Shown here piece by piece: positions 10,968 through 20,808 of a stretch of 64,000 nt of DNA. The stretch covers positions 5,248,001 through 5,312,000 of the forward strand of contig OZ244587.1 of assembly GCA_965218095.1 (NCBI GenBank), given 5' to 3'. Below the pieces are notes generated by a model. The model ran no database searches. It was not told where the DNA came from and was given only the letters and a program-made list of their open reading frames with translations. The first letter of the stretch is position 1. Each line of letters begins with the position of its first letter. Source of the stretch: Candidatus Poribacteria bacterium (GTDB lineage: Bacteria > Poribacteria > WGA-4E > PCPOR2b). The position numbers were made by a program, and so were the translations under genes.

Positions 10968-11052
10968 ATGACTTGTGCGAATTCTTTTTTCGATGCGCCG
11001 TTACGACTGGCATCGAAAAATTGCCGTTGTAGAGACGACTCACACAAGTCGT
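10968..11052. mobile_element. 85-bp IS982-related MITE
   Basis: TIRs ATGACTTGTGCGA / TCACACAAGTCGT resemble the IS982 TIR at 4355/6234. Perfect 7-bp flanking duplication AAAGATA (10961-10967, 11053-11059). Internal hairpin TTTTTCGATGC/GCATCGAAAAA. Confidence 0.8.
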
Positions 11053-11078
11053 AAAGATACGATTGGAGATTTACCCAA

Positions 11079-13061
11079 ATGCCAAATGCCCTTTTAGTTT
11101 ATCCAGAGTTCCCACCGTCGTATTGGGGCTACCAATACGCCTTGGATTTCGTGGGGAAAAAATCAGCCATGCCACCGCTTGGGCTGCTGACCGTTGCCGG
11201 AATGTTCCCGAAGGATTATCAACTCAAAGTCGTTGATATAAATGTGACCCCTTTGACGGACACAGCCCTCGATTGGGCAGATGTCGTCTTAACGTCCACG
11301 ATGATCGTCCAAAAGGACTCGTTTTATCAAGTGGTTCAACGATGCAATCGAGCCGGAGTTCCCATTGTCGCTGGTGGCCCGCACCCAACTTCCTATTATG
11401 ACAATATCAAAGCGGAAGCGGGTGGAACGATCGATCATTTTCTTTTCGGCGAAGTAGAGGAGACATTTGATGGTTTTCTCACAGATCTGAAAGCGGGAAT
11501 CGCCAAAGAGGTATATCCGGAAACGAAAAAACCGGATATGACAAAAATGCCGTTGCCACGCTACGACCTCATTAATCTGAAGGATTACGGTTCAATGGCG
11601 CTCCAATTTTCTCGCGGGTGTCCCTTTGACTGTGAGTTTTGTGACATCACAAAACTGTTTGGTCGTGTGCCGCGCACCAAGACCAATGAGCAGATGATGA
11701 CGGAGTTCGACATGCTCTACCGTCTTGGCTGGCATGGCGCGCTTTTCGTGGTTGATGACAATTTCATTGGGAATAAGCGAGATGCAATGCGTTTGCTCCC
11801 TGAAGTTATCGCGTACCAGAAGGAAAGAAATTATCCGTTTGACCTTTTCACCGAAGCCAGCGTGAACCTCGTCGAAATTCCAGAGATGTTGGATACGATG
11901 AGCGATGCAGGCTTTAGCATGGTATTTTTGGGAATTGAGAGCCCGAATGACGATGCGCTATTGACAACGAAAAAGAAGCAGAATACCAACAAAGAAGAAG
12001 ACGCAAGAAGCTATTTGCTCCGTGCCGTTCACGAAATACAAGGCAAGGGCATAGAAGTGACCGGTGGTTTCATCATTGGAATGGATGGCGACACAGAATT
12101 TGACTCACATATTCAGTTCATTCAAGAGGCTGGTGTTCCCGTGGCAATGGCCGGTTTGTTAACGGCTTTGAAAGAAACAGACCTCTATCATCGTCTCCAA
12201 CGTGAAGGGCGTCTACTTGACGAATCCACTGGAAACAACACTGACATCACATTGAATTTTGTGCCTGAACTGCCACGAGATCACCTCATTGCCGAATATC
12301 GGCGGGTCGTTTCCACGCTGTATGACCCTACCTTGGAGAACTATTTTGAACGCTGCCTAACGTTGCTGAAGCATCTGAATCCAGCAGACTATCCTGCGAG
12401 AAAGATTGGCAGGACGGAGATAACAGCTCTCGTTAGATCAATCAAGCGGCAGCTCTTCTCCAAACAGGGACCTGCTTACTTGCGGTTTTTAATAAAGGTG
12501 CTGAAGGAACACCGAAACATGTTCGTTAAGGCAGTGCGTCTCGCTATTTATGGGTATCATTTTGAAAAAATGACAAGCCAGACGATTGCTGTTGACAATT
12601 TCAAACAGTACTTGGATAAGGAATTCAACGCATTCAAGGAAATTGTGTCTCACCTTGCGAAAGCGCACGGTAGCCGCATTGGAGAGATTCGTTCGCATGC
12701 ACAAGAACTCTTGGCTCGTGTCCACACGCAATATGAGGAGATTCACGAGGATTTCAGATATAGTGTGCAGAACGCGCTCAATACCTTTCAGAAATCCGTG
12801 TTCAAACATTATCTGGATGCCGAGTTCGGCGCATTCAAGGAAACTGTTTCCCGGTTCGCCAAAGCGGGTGGCGATCGAGTCGGTGAAGTTGGTGAGCATG
12901 CGGGTGAACTCTTGGCTCGTGTCCATGCACAATACGAGCGGATTCACAAGGATTTTAGGCACAGCGTTCACGACGTCCTCGCTCCCTTCCAGGAATCCGT
13001 GAAATCTTACCTGAATCAGCTTGTTGGTCCTGTCGCAATTGAAGTCAAGAGTTTTGATTAG
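11079..13061 (+). CDS. B12-binding radical SAM protein with DUF4070-like region and duplicated C-terminal helical repeat
   Basis: PPLGLLTVA and GGPHPT (B12 domain), SRGCPFDCEFC (CxxxCxxC), DDNFIG, GIES. Confidence 0.92.
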   Translation: MPNALLVYPEFPPSYWGYQYALDFVGKKSAMPPLGLLTVAGMFPKDYQLKVVDINVTPLTDTALDWADVVLTSTMIVQKDSFYQVVQRCNRAGVPIVAGGPHPTSYYDNIKAEAGGTIDHFLFGEVEETFDGFLTDLKAGIAKEVYPETKKPDMTKMPLPRYDLINLKDYGSMALQFSRGCPFDCEFCDITKLFGRVPRTKTNEQMMTEFDMLYRLGWHGALFVVDDNFIGNKRDAMRLLPEVIAYQKERNYPFDLFTEASVNLVEIPEMLDTMSDAGFSMVFLGIESPNDDALLTTKKKQNTNKEEDARSYLLRAVHEIQGKGIEVTGGFIIGMDGDTEFDSHIQFIQEAGVPVAMAGLLTALKETDLYHRLQREGRLLDESTGNNTDITLNFVPELPRDHLIAEYRRVVSTLYDPTLENYFERCLTLLKHLNPADYPARKIGRTEITALVRSIKRQLFSKQGPAYLRFLIKVLKEHRNMFVKAVRLAIYGYHFEKMTSQTIAVDNFKQYLDKEFNAFKEIVSHLAKAHGSRIGEIRSHAQELLARVHTQYEEIHEDFRYSVQNALNTFQKSVFKHYLDAEFGAFKETVSRFAKAGGDRVGEVGEHAGELLARVHAQYERIHKDFRHSVHDVLAPFQESVKSYLNQLVGPVAIEVKSFD

Positions 13062-13869
13062 GTTCTGTTGACATTTGAGTATAAGGTTGTGGCATAATAG
13101 AAGAATGACGCCAATAACCTTACCTGATGAACAATGGAATAAGATATACCGGTTTCTTCTTAGCTGTCCCACCATCTGAAGCTGCTACACACCGCTTCGT
13201 CGAAGCGGTTCTGTGGGTGACTCGTAGTGGCGCTCAATGGAGACTTCTACCAGACACCTATGGCAAATGGAACACCCGCTACAAGCGGTTTGCTCGATGG
13301 TGCGACAAAGGTATCTTTACACAGATGCACCACCACTTTGCCTCTGACCCCGATATCGAGTCGCTTATTGTGGACAGTACCATCTCCCGCGCTCACCCGT
13401 CTGCGGCGGGCGCCTTAAAAAAAACGGTGGCACTGAAAACCAAGCATTAGGTCGGTCTCGGGGCGGTTTCAGCACAAAAAATCACATCACAGTTGACGGA
13501 CTAGGCAATCCCCTAAGAATTCATCTGACCCCCGGTCAGAGACATGACATAACTGAGGCGGAAGGGTTGATAATCGGATATAACAGTGAATATGTGATTG
13601 GAGACAAGGGGTACGATTCGGACGCTTTTATCGCGGTTATTGAGGCGAATGGAGCGATTGCGGTGATACCGCCCAAAAGTCATCGTGTTGACCAAAGAAC
13701 GTATAACAAACACTTATACAAAGAGAGACATCGGGTTGAATGTTTCATCAACAAGATAAAATGGTATCGTCGTATCTTCTCTCGGTTTGAGAAGCTAGCT
13801 GTCCGTTATTTTGGATTTCTCAGCTTTGTCTCCACTCTTATATGACTCCATTGAAATGTCAACAGAACC
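13061..13869 (+). mobile_element. IS5-family element copy 2, inactivated
   Basis: Same TIRs; inserted at the TA of the upstream gene's TAG. 11-bp deletion in orfA (~13177) and TGG>TGA near the orfB end. Confidence 0.93.
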
Positions 13870-15643
13870 TAGTCGAGGTTTGGGTGGAGTCGCTTGCGTA
13901 TCGAAACCAAGCGAGGAGGATTTTGTTGGAAAAAAGTCAGCCATGCCACCTTTAGGGCTCTTGACGGTTGCCGGAATGTTCCCGAAAGATTACCAACTCA
14001 AAGTCGTTGATATGAACGCTATCCCTTTGACGGACGTGGATTTGAGATGGGCGGATCTGGTTTTGACGTCCACAATGATTGTCCAGAAAGATTCGCTGCA
14101 AGAAGTCATTGAGCGATGCAACCGTGCAGGCGTTCCGATTGTCGTTGGCGGCCCGCACCCAACCTCATTCCACGAAGAGATTAGCAAACCTTTTACTAAA
14201 GGAGAGGGTGTAGACTCCTTCGTTTTAGATGAGGTTGAAGATATTTTTCCCGAATTCTTACAAGACCTGCGCAATGGAACGGCCAAACACATCTACAGGG
14301 CAACGAAGAAGCCTGATGTAACGAAAACACCGCCGCCGCGTTATGGTCTCATCAACTTGTCCGACTATGGATCTATGGCACTCCAATTTTCTCGTGGGTG
14401 TCCGTTTGATTGTGAATTCTGTGATATTACGAAGTTGTTTGGTCGTGTTCCGCGCACCAAGACCAATGAGCAGATGATTGCAGAGTTCGACATGCTCTGC
14501 CGCCTCGGCTGGCGTGGTTCTCTTTTCGTGGTTGATGATAATTTCATTGGGAATAAGCGAGATGCAATGCGTTTGCTTCCTGAAACGACCAAATGGCAGA
14601 AGGAAAAAGGGTATCCTTTTGACCTCTACACGGAAGCCAGCGTGAATCTCGTCGAGATTCCAGACATGTTGGATGCAATGAGTGATTCTGGATTCAACAT
14701 GGTATTTTTGGGAATTGAGAGTCCTAATGAAGATGCGCTTTTGGCAACGAAGAAGAAGCAAAATACTAACAAAGATGAAGCGCCCGGAAGTTATTTGCTC
14801 TATGCCGTTCGAGAAATACAAGGATGTGGCATAGAAGTGAGTGGCGGGTTCATCATCGGACTGGATGGCGACACAGAATTTGATTCGCACATTCAGTTTA
14901 TTCAAGAAGCGGGCATTCCCATGGCCATAGCTGGCTTGTTAAATGCTTTGAAAGGAACAGACCTCTATCACCGTCTTGAACGTGAAGGGCGCCTGATTAG
15001 GGAATCCACTGGAAACAACACAGATCTCACGTTAAATTTCATGCCTCAACTTCCGCGCGACCAACTCATCGCGGAATATAGACGAGTGGTTTCCACCCTT
15101 TATGATCCCAGTTTGAACCATTACTTTGACCGTTGCTTGACAATGTTCAAGCATCTGAAGGTAACAGATCATCGTCCGCAAAGCTTGGGCACGACGGACG
15201 TGATGGCTTTCGCCAAGTCAATCCGACGCCAGTTCTTCTCCAAGCAGGGCCCCGCTTATTTCAGATTTTTGGTCAAGGTTCTGAAAGATCACCCGCGGTT
15301 TTTTCTATATGCAGTTCGCCTGGCCGTCATGGGATACCATTTCGAGAAGATTACCAGCCAGCAGATCGCCGTTGACGATTTCAAACAGTCTCTCAAAAAA
15401 GAACTTGATGCGTTTAAAGAAGAAGTTGTGTCTCGGTTCGCGAAAGCGCAAGGCAATCGGATTGGGGCAATTGGCGCACATGTTCAAGAACTTTTCTCGC
15501 GTGTTCAGGCGCAATATGAGCAAATCCACAAAGATTTCAGATACAGTGTTGAGGATACTCTCGATGCCTTTCAAGAATCCGTGAAATCTCACCTGGATCA
15601 GATTGTTGGTTCAACCCAGATTGAACTCCCGAGCCTTGATTAG
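13856..15643 (+). CDS. Second B12-binding radical SAM paralogue, native N-terminus deleted (possible pseudogene)
   Basis: Homology to the first paralogue starts at DFVGKKSAMPP (~13919). CxxxCxxC is intact. The only upstream in-frame ATG (13856) lies in the IS5 right TIR. Confidence 0.8.
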   Translation: MSTEPSRGLGGVACVSKPSEEDFVGKKSAMPPLGLLTVAGMFPKDYQLKVVDMNAIPLTDVDLRWADLVLTSTMIVQKDSLQEVIERCNRAGVPIVVGGPHPTSFHEEISKPFTKGEGVDSFVLDEVEDIFPEFLQDLRNGTAKHIYRATKKPDVTKTPPPRYGLINLSDYGSMALQFSRGCPFDCEFCDITKLFGRVPRTKTNEQMIAEFDMLCRLGWRGSLFVVDDNFIGNKRDAMRLLPETTKWQKEKGYPFDLYTEASVNLVEIPDMLDAMSDSGFNMVFLGIESPNEDALLATKKKQNTNKDEAPGSYLLYAVREIQGCGIEVSGGFIIGLDGDTEFDSHIQFIQEAGIPMAIAGLLNALKGTDLYHRLEREGRLIRESTGNNTDLTLNFMPQLPRDQLIAEYRRVVSTLYDPSLNHYFDRCLTMFKHLKVTDHRPQSLGTTDVMAFAKSIRRQFFSKQGPAYFRFLVKVLKDHPRFFLYAVRLAVMGYHFEKITSQQIAVDDFKQSLKKELDAFKEEVVSRFAKAQGNRIGAIGAHVQELFSRVQAQYEQIHKDFRYSVEDTLDAFQESVKSHLDQIVGSTQIELPSLD

Positions 15644-15649
15644 TCAGAG

Positions 15650-17371
15650 ATGCCAGCCATTGAGGTCAAAAACCTCCAGTTTGCCTATCCAAGCCGCAGT
15701 GAACCGACGCTGCGGGGGATAAACCTGAATGTTGAAGCGGGGGAGTTTGTCCTGCTCACAGGCCCGACGGGTTGTGGTAAATCAACGTTGCTGCGGACGT
15801 TGAATGGATTAATTCCTCACGCTTCGGGTGGAAAGTTATCTGGACTGGTTCGCGTCAACGGCGAAAACGTTGCCGAGCAACCGCTAGCGGTGACATGCCA
15901 GCAGGTTGGGTTGCTATTTCAAAACCCCGAGGATCAACTCTTTTGTATTACTGTAGAAGATGAGATTGCATTTGGACTGGAAAATCTCGGCCTGCCGCCC
16001 CTCGAAATCGATCGCCGAATCAATTCCGCTTTAGAGCAGGTTGAACTCGCCGGATTTAGAAATCATCAGATCACTTCACTTTCCAGTGGACAGAAGCAGC
16101 GGATTGCTCTTGCCTGTCTGTGCGCAATGCGCCCCCAGATCCTCCTGCTTGATGAGCCGACGAGTTATCTTGACCCGCAAGCCACCCTTACCATCCTCAA
16201 GATTATCCGCAATCTGAATAGGGATCTTGGCATCACCGTCATTATCGCGGGGCATCAAGTGAATGAGATTGCCCCGCTGTGCGATCGTGTTTGGCTCATG
16301 AATGACGGCGAACTCATTTCAGTCCTTCCAATCGATCAAGCGTTCAGAGATCTTGAATTGTACCATCGATTGGGCGTGCAAGTTCCCGAGCTCGCACAGC
16401 TCGCGGGCCAACTCGGCTGTCCTGAACGTCCACTGACCCTTGAAGATGCCGTGCAGCTTTTTGGGAACCGACGAATCGACAAATCGGGGCAAGAAGACAA
16501 GGAGAAAAGGGGTTCAGGAGTTCAGGGGTTCCGTCACGCTTCACACAATACGCAATACTCAATACGCAATACGCACGATGCATCCAACGATGTTTTGGTT
16601 GATGTTCGGAATCTCACATTTCGTTACCCTCGTACCTCCGTTGATGTGCTAAAGAATATCTCACTTCAGGTTGGGCGCGGTGAAGTGATTGCGATTATGG
16701 GGGCAAACGGATCGGGAAAGACAACACTGCTCTTGCATCTGGTCGCAATGCTTCGTCCTTCAGCAGGAAAGGTCCTCATCAAAGGGCAGACTACGGAGCG
16801 TTGTAAGCTCCACTATCTCGCAGGACAAGTGGGGATTGTTTTTCAAAATCCGGATCTGCTGTTGCAGGCATCAACGGTATCCGATGAGGTTGCCTTTGGC
16901 CCAAAGAACCTCAAGCTGTCTCGTCAAGAAATTCGGCATCGGCTAGCGAAGACCTTGCCGATGTTTGATTTGGAAGCCCTCAAAGCGGAAGCCCCTTATG
17001 CCCTTTCACGCGGGCAGCGCCAACGCACCGCCGCCGCCGCGAGCTATTCCCTCCATCCGGATCTTCTCCTCCTTGACGAGCCCACAACCGGCCAAGATCA
17101 CCGTCATCTGCAACAACTCATGCGGCGGCTCTGTGACGTTATGAAGGCACAGGACAAAACGATAATCTTCTGTACTCACGATGTACACCTCACGCTGAAA
17201 TACGCGAATCGCATCCTGCTGCTTCATCGTGGTGAACTGATCTTCGACGGAACACCTGATGCCGCCTTTGCAAATCTTGAACGGTTAAAGCAGGTATCGC
17301 TGGTCGCGCCGCTGACGATGCAACTACAAAAGGAAATGAGGAAATTGGGAAATTGGAAAATGAAGCAGTGA
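15650..17371 (+). CDS. ECF transporter dual ATPase (A-A' fusion)
   Basis: Two Walker A motifs (GPTGCGKST, GANGSGKTT), FQNPE/FQNPD Q-loops, LSSGQKQR/LSRGQRQR, LLDEPT x2. Confidence 0.93.
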   Translation: MPAIEVKNLQFAYPSRSEPTLRGINLNVEAGEFVLLTGPTGCGKSTLLRTLNGLIPHASGGKLSGLVRVNGENVAEQPLAVTCQQVGLLFQNPEDQLFCITVEDEIAFGLENLGLPPLEIDRRINSALEQVELAGFRNHQITSLSSGQKQRIALACLCAMRPQILLLDEPTSYLDPQATLTILKIIRNLNRDLGITVIIAGHQVNEIAPLCDRVWLMNDGELISVLPIDQAFRDLELYHRLGVQVPELAQLAGQLGCPERPLTLEDAVQLFGNRRIDKSGQEDKEKRGSGVQGFRHASHNTQYSIRNTHDASNDVLVDVRNLTFRYPRTSVDVLKNISLQVGRGEVIAIMGANGSGKTTLLLHLVAMLRPSAGKVLIKGQTTERCKLHYLAGQVGIVFQNPDLLLQASTVSDEVAFGPKNLKLSRQEIRHRLAKTLPMFDLEALKAEAPYALSRGQRQRTAAAASYSLHPDLLLLDEPTTGQDHRHLQQLMRRLCDVMKAQDKTIIFCTHDVHLTLKYANRILLLHRGELIFDGTPDAAFANLERLKQVSLVAPLTMQLQKEMRKLGNWKMKQ

Positions 17372-17384
17372 GGTTTCCTTATTT

Positions 17385-18245
17385 ATGTCACTCACACATC
17401 TCCATCCCCATACCAAAATCGCTATCCTCACAATCGCTAGCTGTCTGGTCATTTTACTCGATAGCCCAATTGCCCTTTTTGTATGTTTTCTGGCAAGCCT
17501 CAGCCTCATCCTGCTTATCTCGCCGCCGTGGCATCAGATTCGCCTGCTTATCCTCTTTATCGGATTGGGAACCTGGGGGTTGATTTACAGCCAAGCAATC
17601 TTCTATAACGAGTTCCCGCGGACCGTGATTTTTACGCTTGTCCATAAAGACTTTCCTTTAATCGGCAAAGTAACAGGAGGAATTCATTTCTATCGCGAGG
17701 GGCTGCTTCACGGTGCCGTTCAATCCCTGCGGTTTAATACGACGCTCACAATCGGTTGTTTTATTATCTGGACAACCCAACCTCGTGACCTCCTCCTCGC
17801 CCTCGTTAAATTGCGTGTTCCCTACAGCCTCGCGTTCATGGTAACGACTGCATTGCGCTACATTCCGCTCATCGGCTCGGAAGCGATAACAGTGATCCGC
17901 TCGCAGCGACTGCGCGGTTTCCGGTATCTGCAGCTTAATCTCCTCCACACTAGCAGCGGCATCTTAAACAGTCTGCGTCCAATCTTAACCAACAACATCC
18001 GTCGGGCAACCCATCTTGGTGAAGCTGTTGAAAGCCGCGCATTTTCCCCTGAAACTGCCGCTGAACATCGCACTTTCCTGCGCGAACTGAAAATGAAACA
18101 GCAGGATGCCCTCCTGATCTCCGTTGTACTGATCTGTTTGTTGAGTGTTATCGGTTTGAAAATCCTTTACTTCCTCTACGCGAACGGTCTCTATTATGCG
18201 TCCTGGCTGAGAGGGGTGTACACCTTCGTGCGCGAAGTGTTGTAA
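17385..18245 (+). CDS. ECF transporter transmembrane T component
   Basis: LHPHTK N-terminus, ALRYIP, QRLRG and ESRAF coupling motifs. Confidence 0.9.
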   Translation: MSLTHLHPHTKIAILTIASCLVILLDSPIALFVCFLASLSLILLISPPWHQIRLLILFIGLGTWGLIYSQAIFYNEFPRTVIFTLVHKDFPLIGKVTGGIHFYREGLLHGAVQSLRFNTTLTIGCFIIWTTQPRDLLLALVKLRVPYSLAFMVTTALRYIPLIGSEAITVIRSQRLRGFRYLQLNLLHTSSGILNSLRPILTNNIRRATHLGEAVESRAFSPETAAEHRTFLRELKMKQQDALLISVVLICLLSVIGLKILYFLYANGLYYASWLRGVYTFVREVL

Positions 18246-18487
18246 GGTGTAAAACGCAATAGCATAAGGAGTAACGAGTAAGTTTTACGCATTATTCGTT
18301 ACTCATTACCCCGGTGTCACATTCATAACCAATGGCCCTAGTTCGTACCAAACTCAACGCCCACAAGAGACTCGGCTACGACACGATTCTCCGTAGTCCA
18401 GGGCTTTATGTCCGTCGTTATTGAATCCACATTCCAAAACTAGCACCAAGGGTTGATACACAACTTTCAAATTTCCTTTCGCAATAG

Positions 18488-19600
18488 GTGAAAATTATGC
18501 GATTCAAAGAACATCTCATTGACGATACAATTAAAAGCATCTATGGCTTGGAAATTGCGGACATCAATGGCGATGGCAAGAAGGATATCGTCATTGGCTC
18601 CACCGGCAAACCGGTCATTGCTTGGTACGAGGCGCCACATTGGGAGAGGCATCTGATCACAGATCAACACCCCGGCAACATCACCATCGTCGCTCACGAT
18701 TTGACGGGAAGTGGTATCCCAGATCTGATTGTCGGAAGCGCATTTAATCGGGAGGACCGTACGCTTATCGAATATTTACATTGGCTCGAAGCCCCGGCAG
18801 ATAGCGGACAGTGGAAGAGTCACCACATTGAGGAGATTCCGTTCCTTCACCGTATCGCGCTTGTGGATATCAACGGCGATGGCCAGCCGCTCTTATTCGC
18901 CGCATCAATTAAGGGGCCTGAAGGGGAACTCAATGAATGGTATGATCCGGGCGGTCTCTGGTGTTATCGTCTCCCAAGCGATCCGGTTAACGGCCCATGG
19001 GAGCGCCGATTAATCGATGGCGATTTGCACCTCAATCACGGGTTGAGCATCGGGGATGTAGATGGAGACGGACGGCTCGATATCTTAATCGGCTGCCGGG
19101 ACGGAACGATTTGGCTTGAACCCCCTTCGGACCCGTTTACAGGCAAGTGGGGAAAGTGGGGCATCAGCGATCTCGAAAGCAGCGAAGTTTTCACGGTCGA
19201 TCTGGATGGCGATGGGGTCAACGAAATCTTATCGATCGAGCCATGGCACGGGAGTACCCTGTCATGGTACAAGGCGTCAGGAGATTTGCGGAAAGGGGTG
19301 TGGGTGCGGCACCAGATTGATGACATGCTCAATCGCGGACATTCACTGCACGGGATTGACATCGACGACGATGGAAGGGTAGAAATTATCTCTGGATATA
19401 ATGGCGAAGGCACAAGCCTCGAACTCTATCGTCTCGAAAACCTGGATGGGAACCGATGGACGAAAGAAATCATTGACGACGGAGGATTGGGCGTCGGTAA
19501 TATGCATGTGCTTGACCTGAACGACGATGGACGAGTAGACATCGTTGCCGGAGGGTTGAGTACAAGCAACGTCAAGTGGTACGAGAATTTGGGAGCATAG
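18488..19600 (+). CDS. FG-GAP/VCBS-repeat beta-propeller protein (no obvious signal peptide)
   Basis: About seven DxxGDGxxD-type repeats (DINGDGKKD, DVDGDGRLD, DLDGDGVNE, DLNDDGRVD). Confidence 0.85.
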   Translation: MKIMRFKEHLIDDTIKSIYGLEIADINGDGKKDIVIGSTGKPVIAWYEAPHWERHLITDQHPGNITIVAHDLTGSGIPDLIVGSAFNREDRTLIEYLHWLEAPADSGQWKSHHIEEIPFLHRIALVDINGDGQPLLFAASIKGPEGELNEWYDPGGLWCYRLPSDPVNGPWERRLIDGDLHLNHGLSIGDVDGDGRLDILIGCRDGTIWLEPPSDPFTGKWGKWGISDLESSEVFTVDLDGDGVNEILSIEPWHGSTLSWYKASGDLRKGVWVRHQIDDMLNRGHSLHGIDIDDDGRVEIISGYNGEGTSLELYRLENLDGNRWTKEIIDDGGLGVGNMHVLDLNDDGRVDIVAGGLSTSNVKWYENLGA

Positions 19601-19810
19601 CTTTTTTGTTTGTAGTACACTTGAGTCGTCAATGTCACGTATGTAGAAAACAACTCAAGCTGTCACAGTGCAGGCGGATTTAAGATTGCGGCTTCCCATC
19701 GTTATGTCAGATAGATTCCACCTTCTCAGTACCGAGTAGTTCTAGCCTTGTTGCACGCTTTGGTTTGTCGTATGTCACTATTTCGTATGGATTGAGCCGG
19801 TGTGCTTTAA

Positions 19811-20656
19811 TCATTCGTCAAATAGATACGCCAACAACTGACCCCCATCCCGAAAATCAGAGATCAAAATGTCCGCTCCGGCGTGAATCAATCGATTGCG
19901 CTTGTCGGCGTTCATATTATAACGGTTGTTTTCCACTGATGCCACGCCGAGGGCAATTGCGTCGACAGCCTTTGCATTTTCGATCTCCACGACCCCATCT
20001 CCGACAACCAGAAACTCACTCCCACTCAGGTTGAAATCTTTGAGAATCTTCTGAATCATCATCGCCTTTGAAAAGTTTTTATACTCCCGCAGCGCTCCGA
20101 AGATGCCGCCGTCAAAGCAGGAGGCCACGCCTAGAAGCTCTGCTTCATGCTGAACAAACTCAACATCTGTCCCGCTGGCAAGGTAGAGCTTCACTCCGCG
20201 TCTCCGGAGTTTACCCAAGAACTCAAGCGACATCGGTATGCGCAGATCGCGGGCTTTAATCTCTCCACGTTCCAGTTTGGCGATGCGTTTATCCACAATG
20301 GGTAGGAGCAGGTTGTTATACAGGTCTTTATAGTCCAGTGGCGCTTTCGGGGCACCCCCACGTTTCTCGATCTCCTCGCACAGTTGGATTATCTGATAAA
20401 TTGTTTGCTTGCCGGTCAACCGATCCACGAAGTCAACGACGATCTGTTCCAATACTTCCGGTGTTTCATTTGTCGGGATTTCTTCAAGAAGAACATCAAC
20501 CATCATGGGTACCATGACGTTTTGCCAACCGTCACGAATCAGGGAGATCGTGCCATCGAAATCAAAAAGGGCGTGCTGGATCCTTCCCTTCCTGACTTCG
20601 TGGAGAATCTCAATCGATGTGTTCTCAAGGAAGTAACTTGTTTCTTGTGTCTCCAT
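19811..20656 (-). CDS. HAD-family hydrolase
   Basis: FDFDGT motif I, LASGT, VGDG.VE motif IV. Confidence 0.88.
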   Translation of the reverse strand: METQETSYFLENTSIEILHEVRKGRIQHALFDFDGTISLIRDGWQNVMVPMMVDVLLEEIPTNETPEVLEQIVVDFVDRLTGKQTIYQIIQLCEEIEKRGGAPKAPLDYKDLYNNLLLPIVDKRIAKLERGEIKARDLRIPMSLEFLGKLRRRGVKLYLASGTDVEFVQHEAELLGVASCFDGGIFGALREYKNFSKAMMIQKILKDFNLSGSEFLVVGDGVVEIENAKAVDAIALGVASVENNRYNMNADKRNRLIHAGADILISDFRDGGQLLAYLFDE

Positions 20657-20709
20657 TCAGCCTTCCTTCTGACATAACTGTGATGAAGATGCAACGGAAA
20701 ATAGAAGGA

Positions 20710-20738
20710 TTGACAGCCTATCACGGGAGGGGTATACT
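20710..20738 (+). promoter_or_regulatory. Consensus sigma70 promoter facing the 3' end of the recQ-family gene
   Basis: TTGACA-17 bp-TATACT. Confidence 0.6.
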
Positions 20739-20808
20739 TAGTAGCGTGGAAGAGGAGAAGAAAACAGTAAGCAGAAAGGGATTGAGAGGAAACCAGAGAT
20801 GAAACAGC

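Noticed and set aside
10968-11052. Cobalamin or other riboswitch upstream of the B12 radical SAM gene
   Set aside because: No B12-box or GGGAA motifs; the TIRs and a perfect 7-bp duplication explain it as a MITE.
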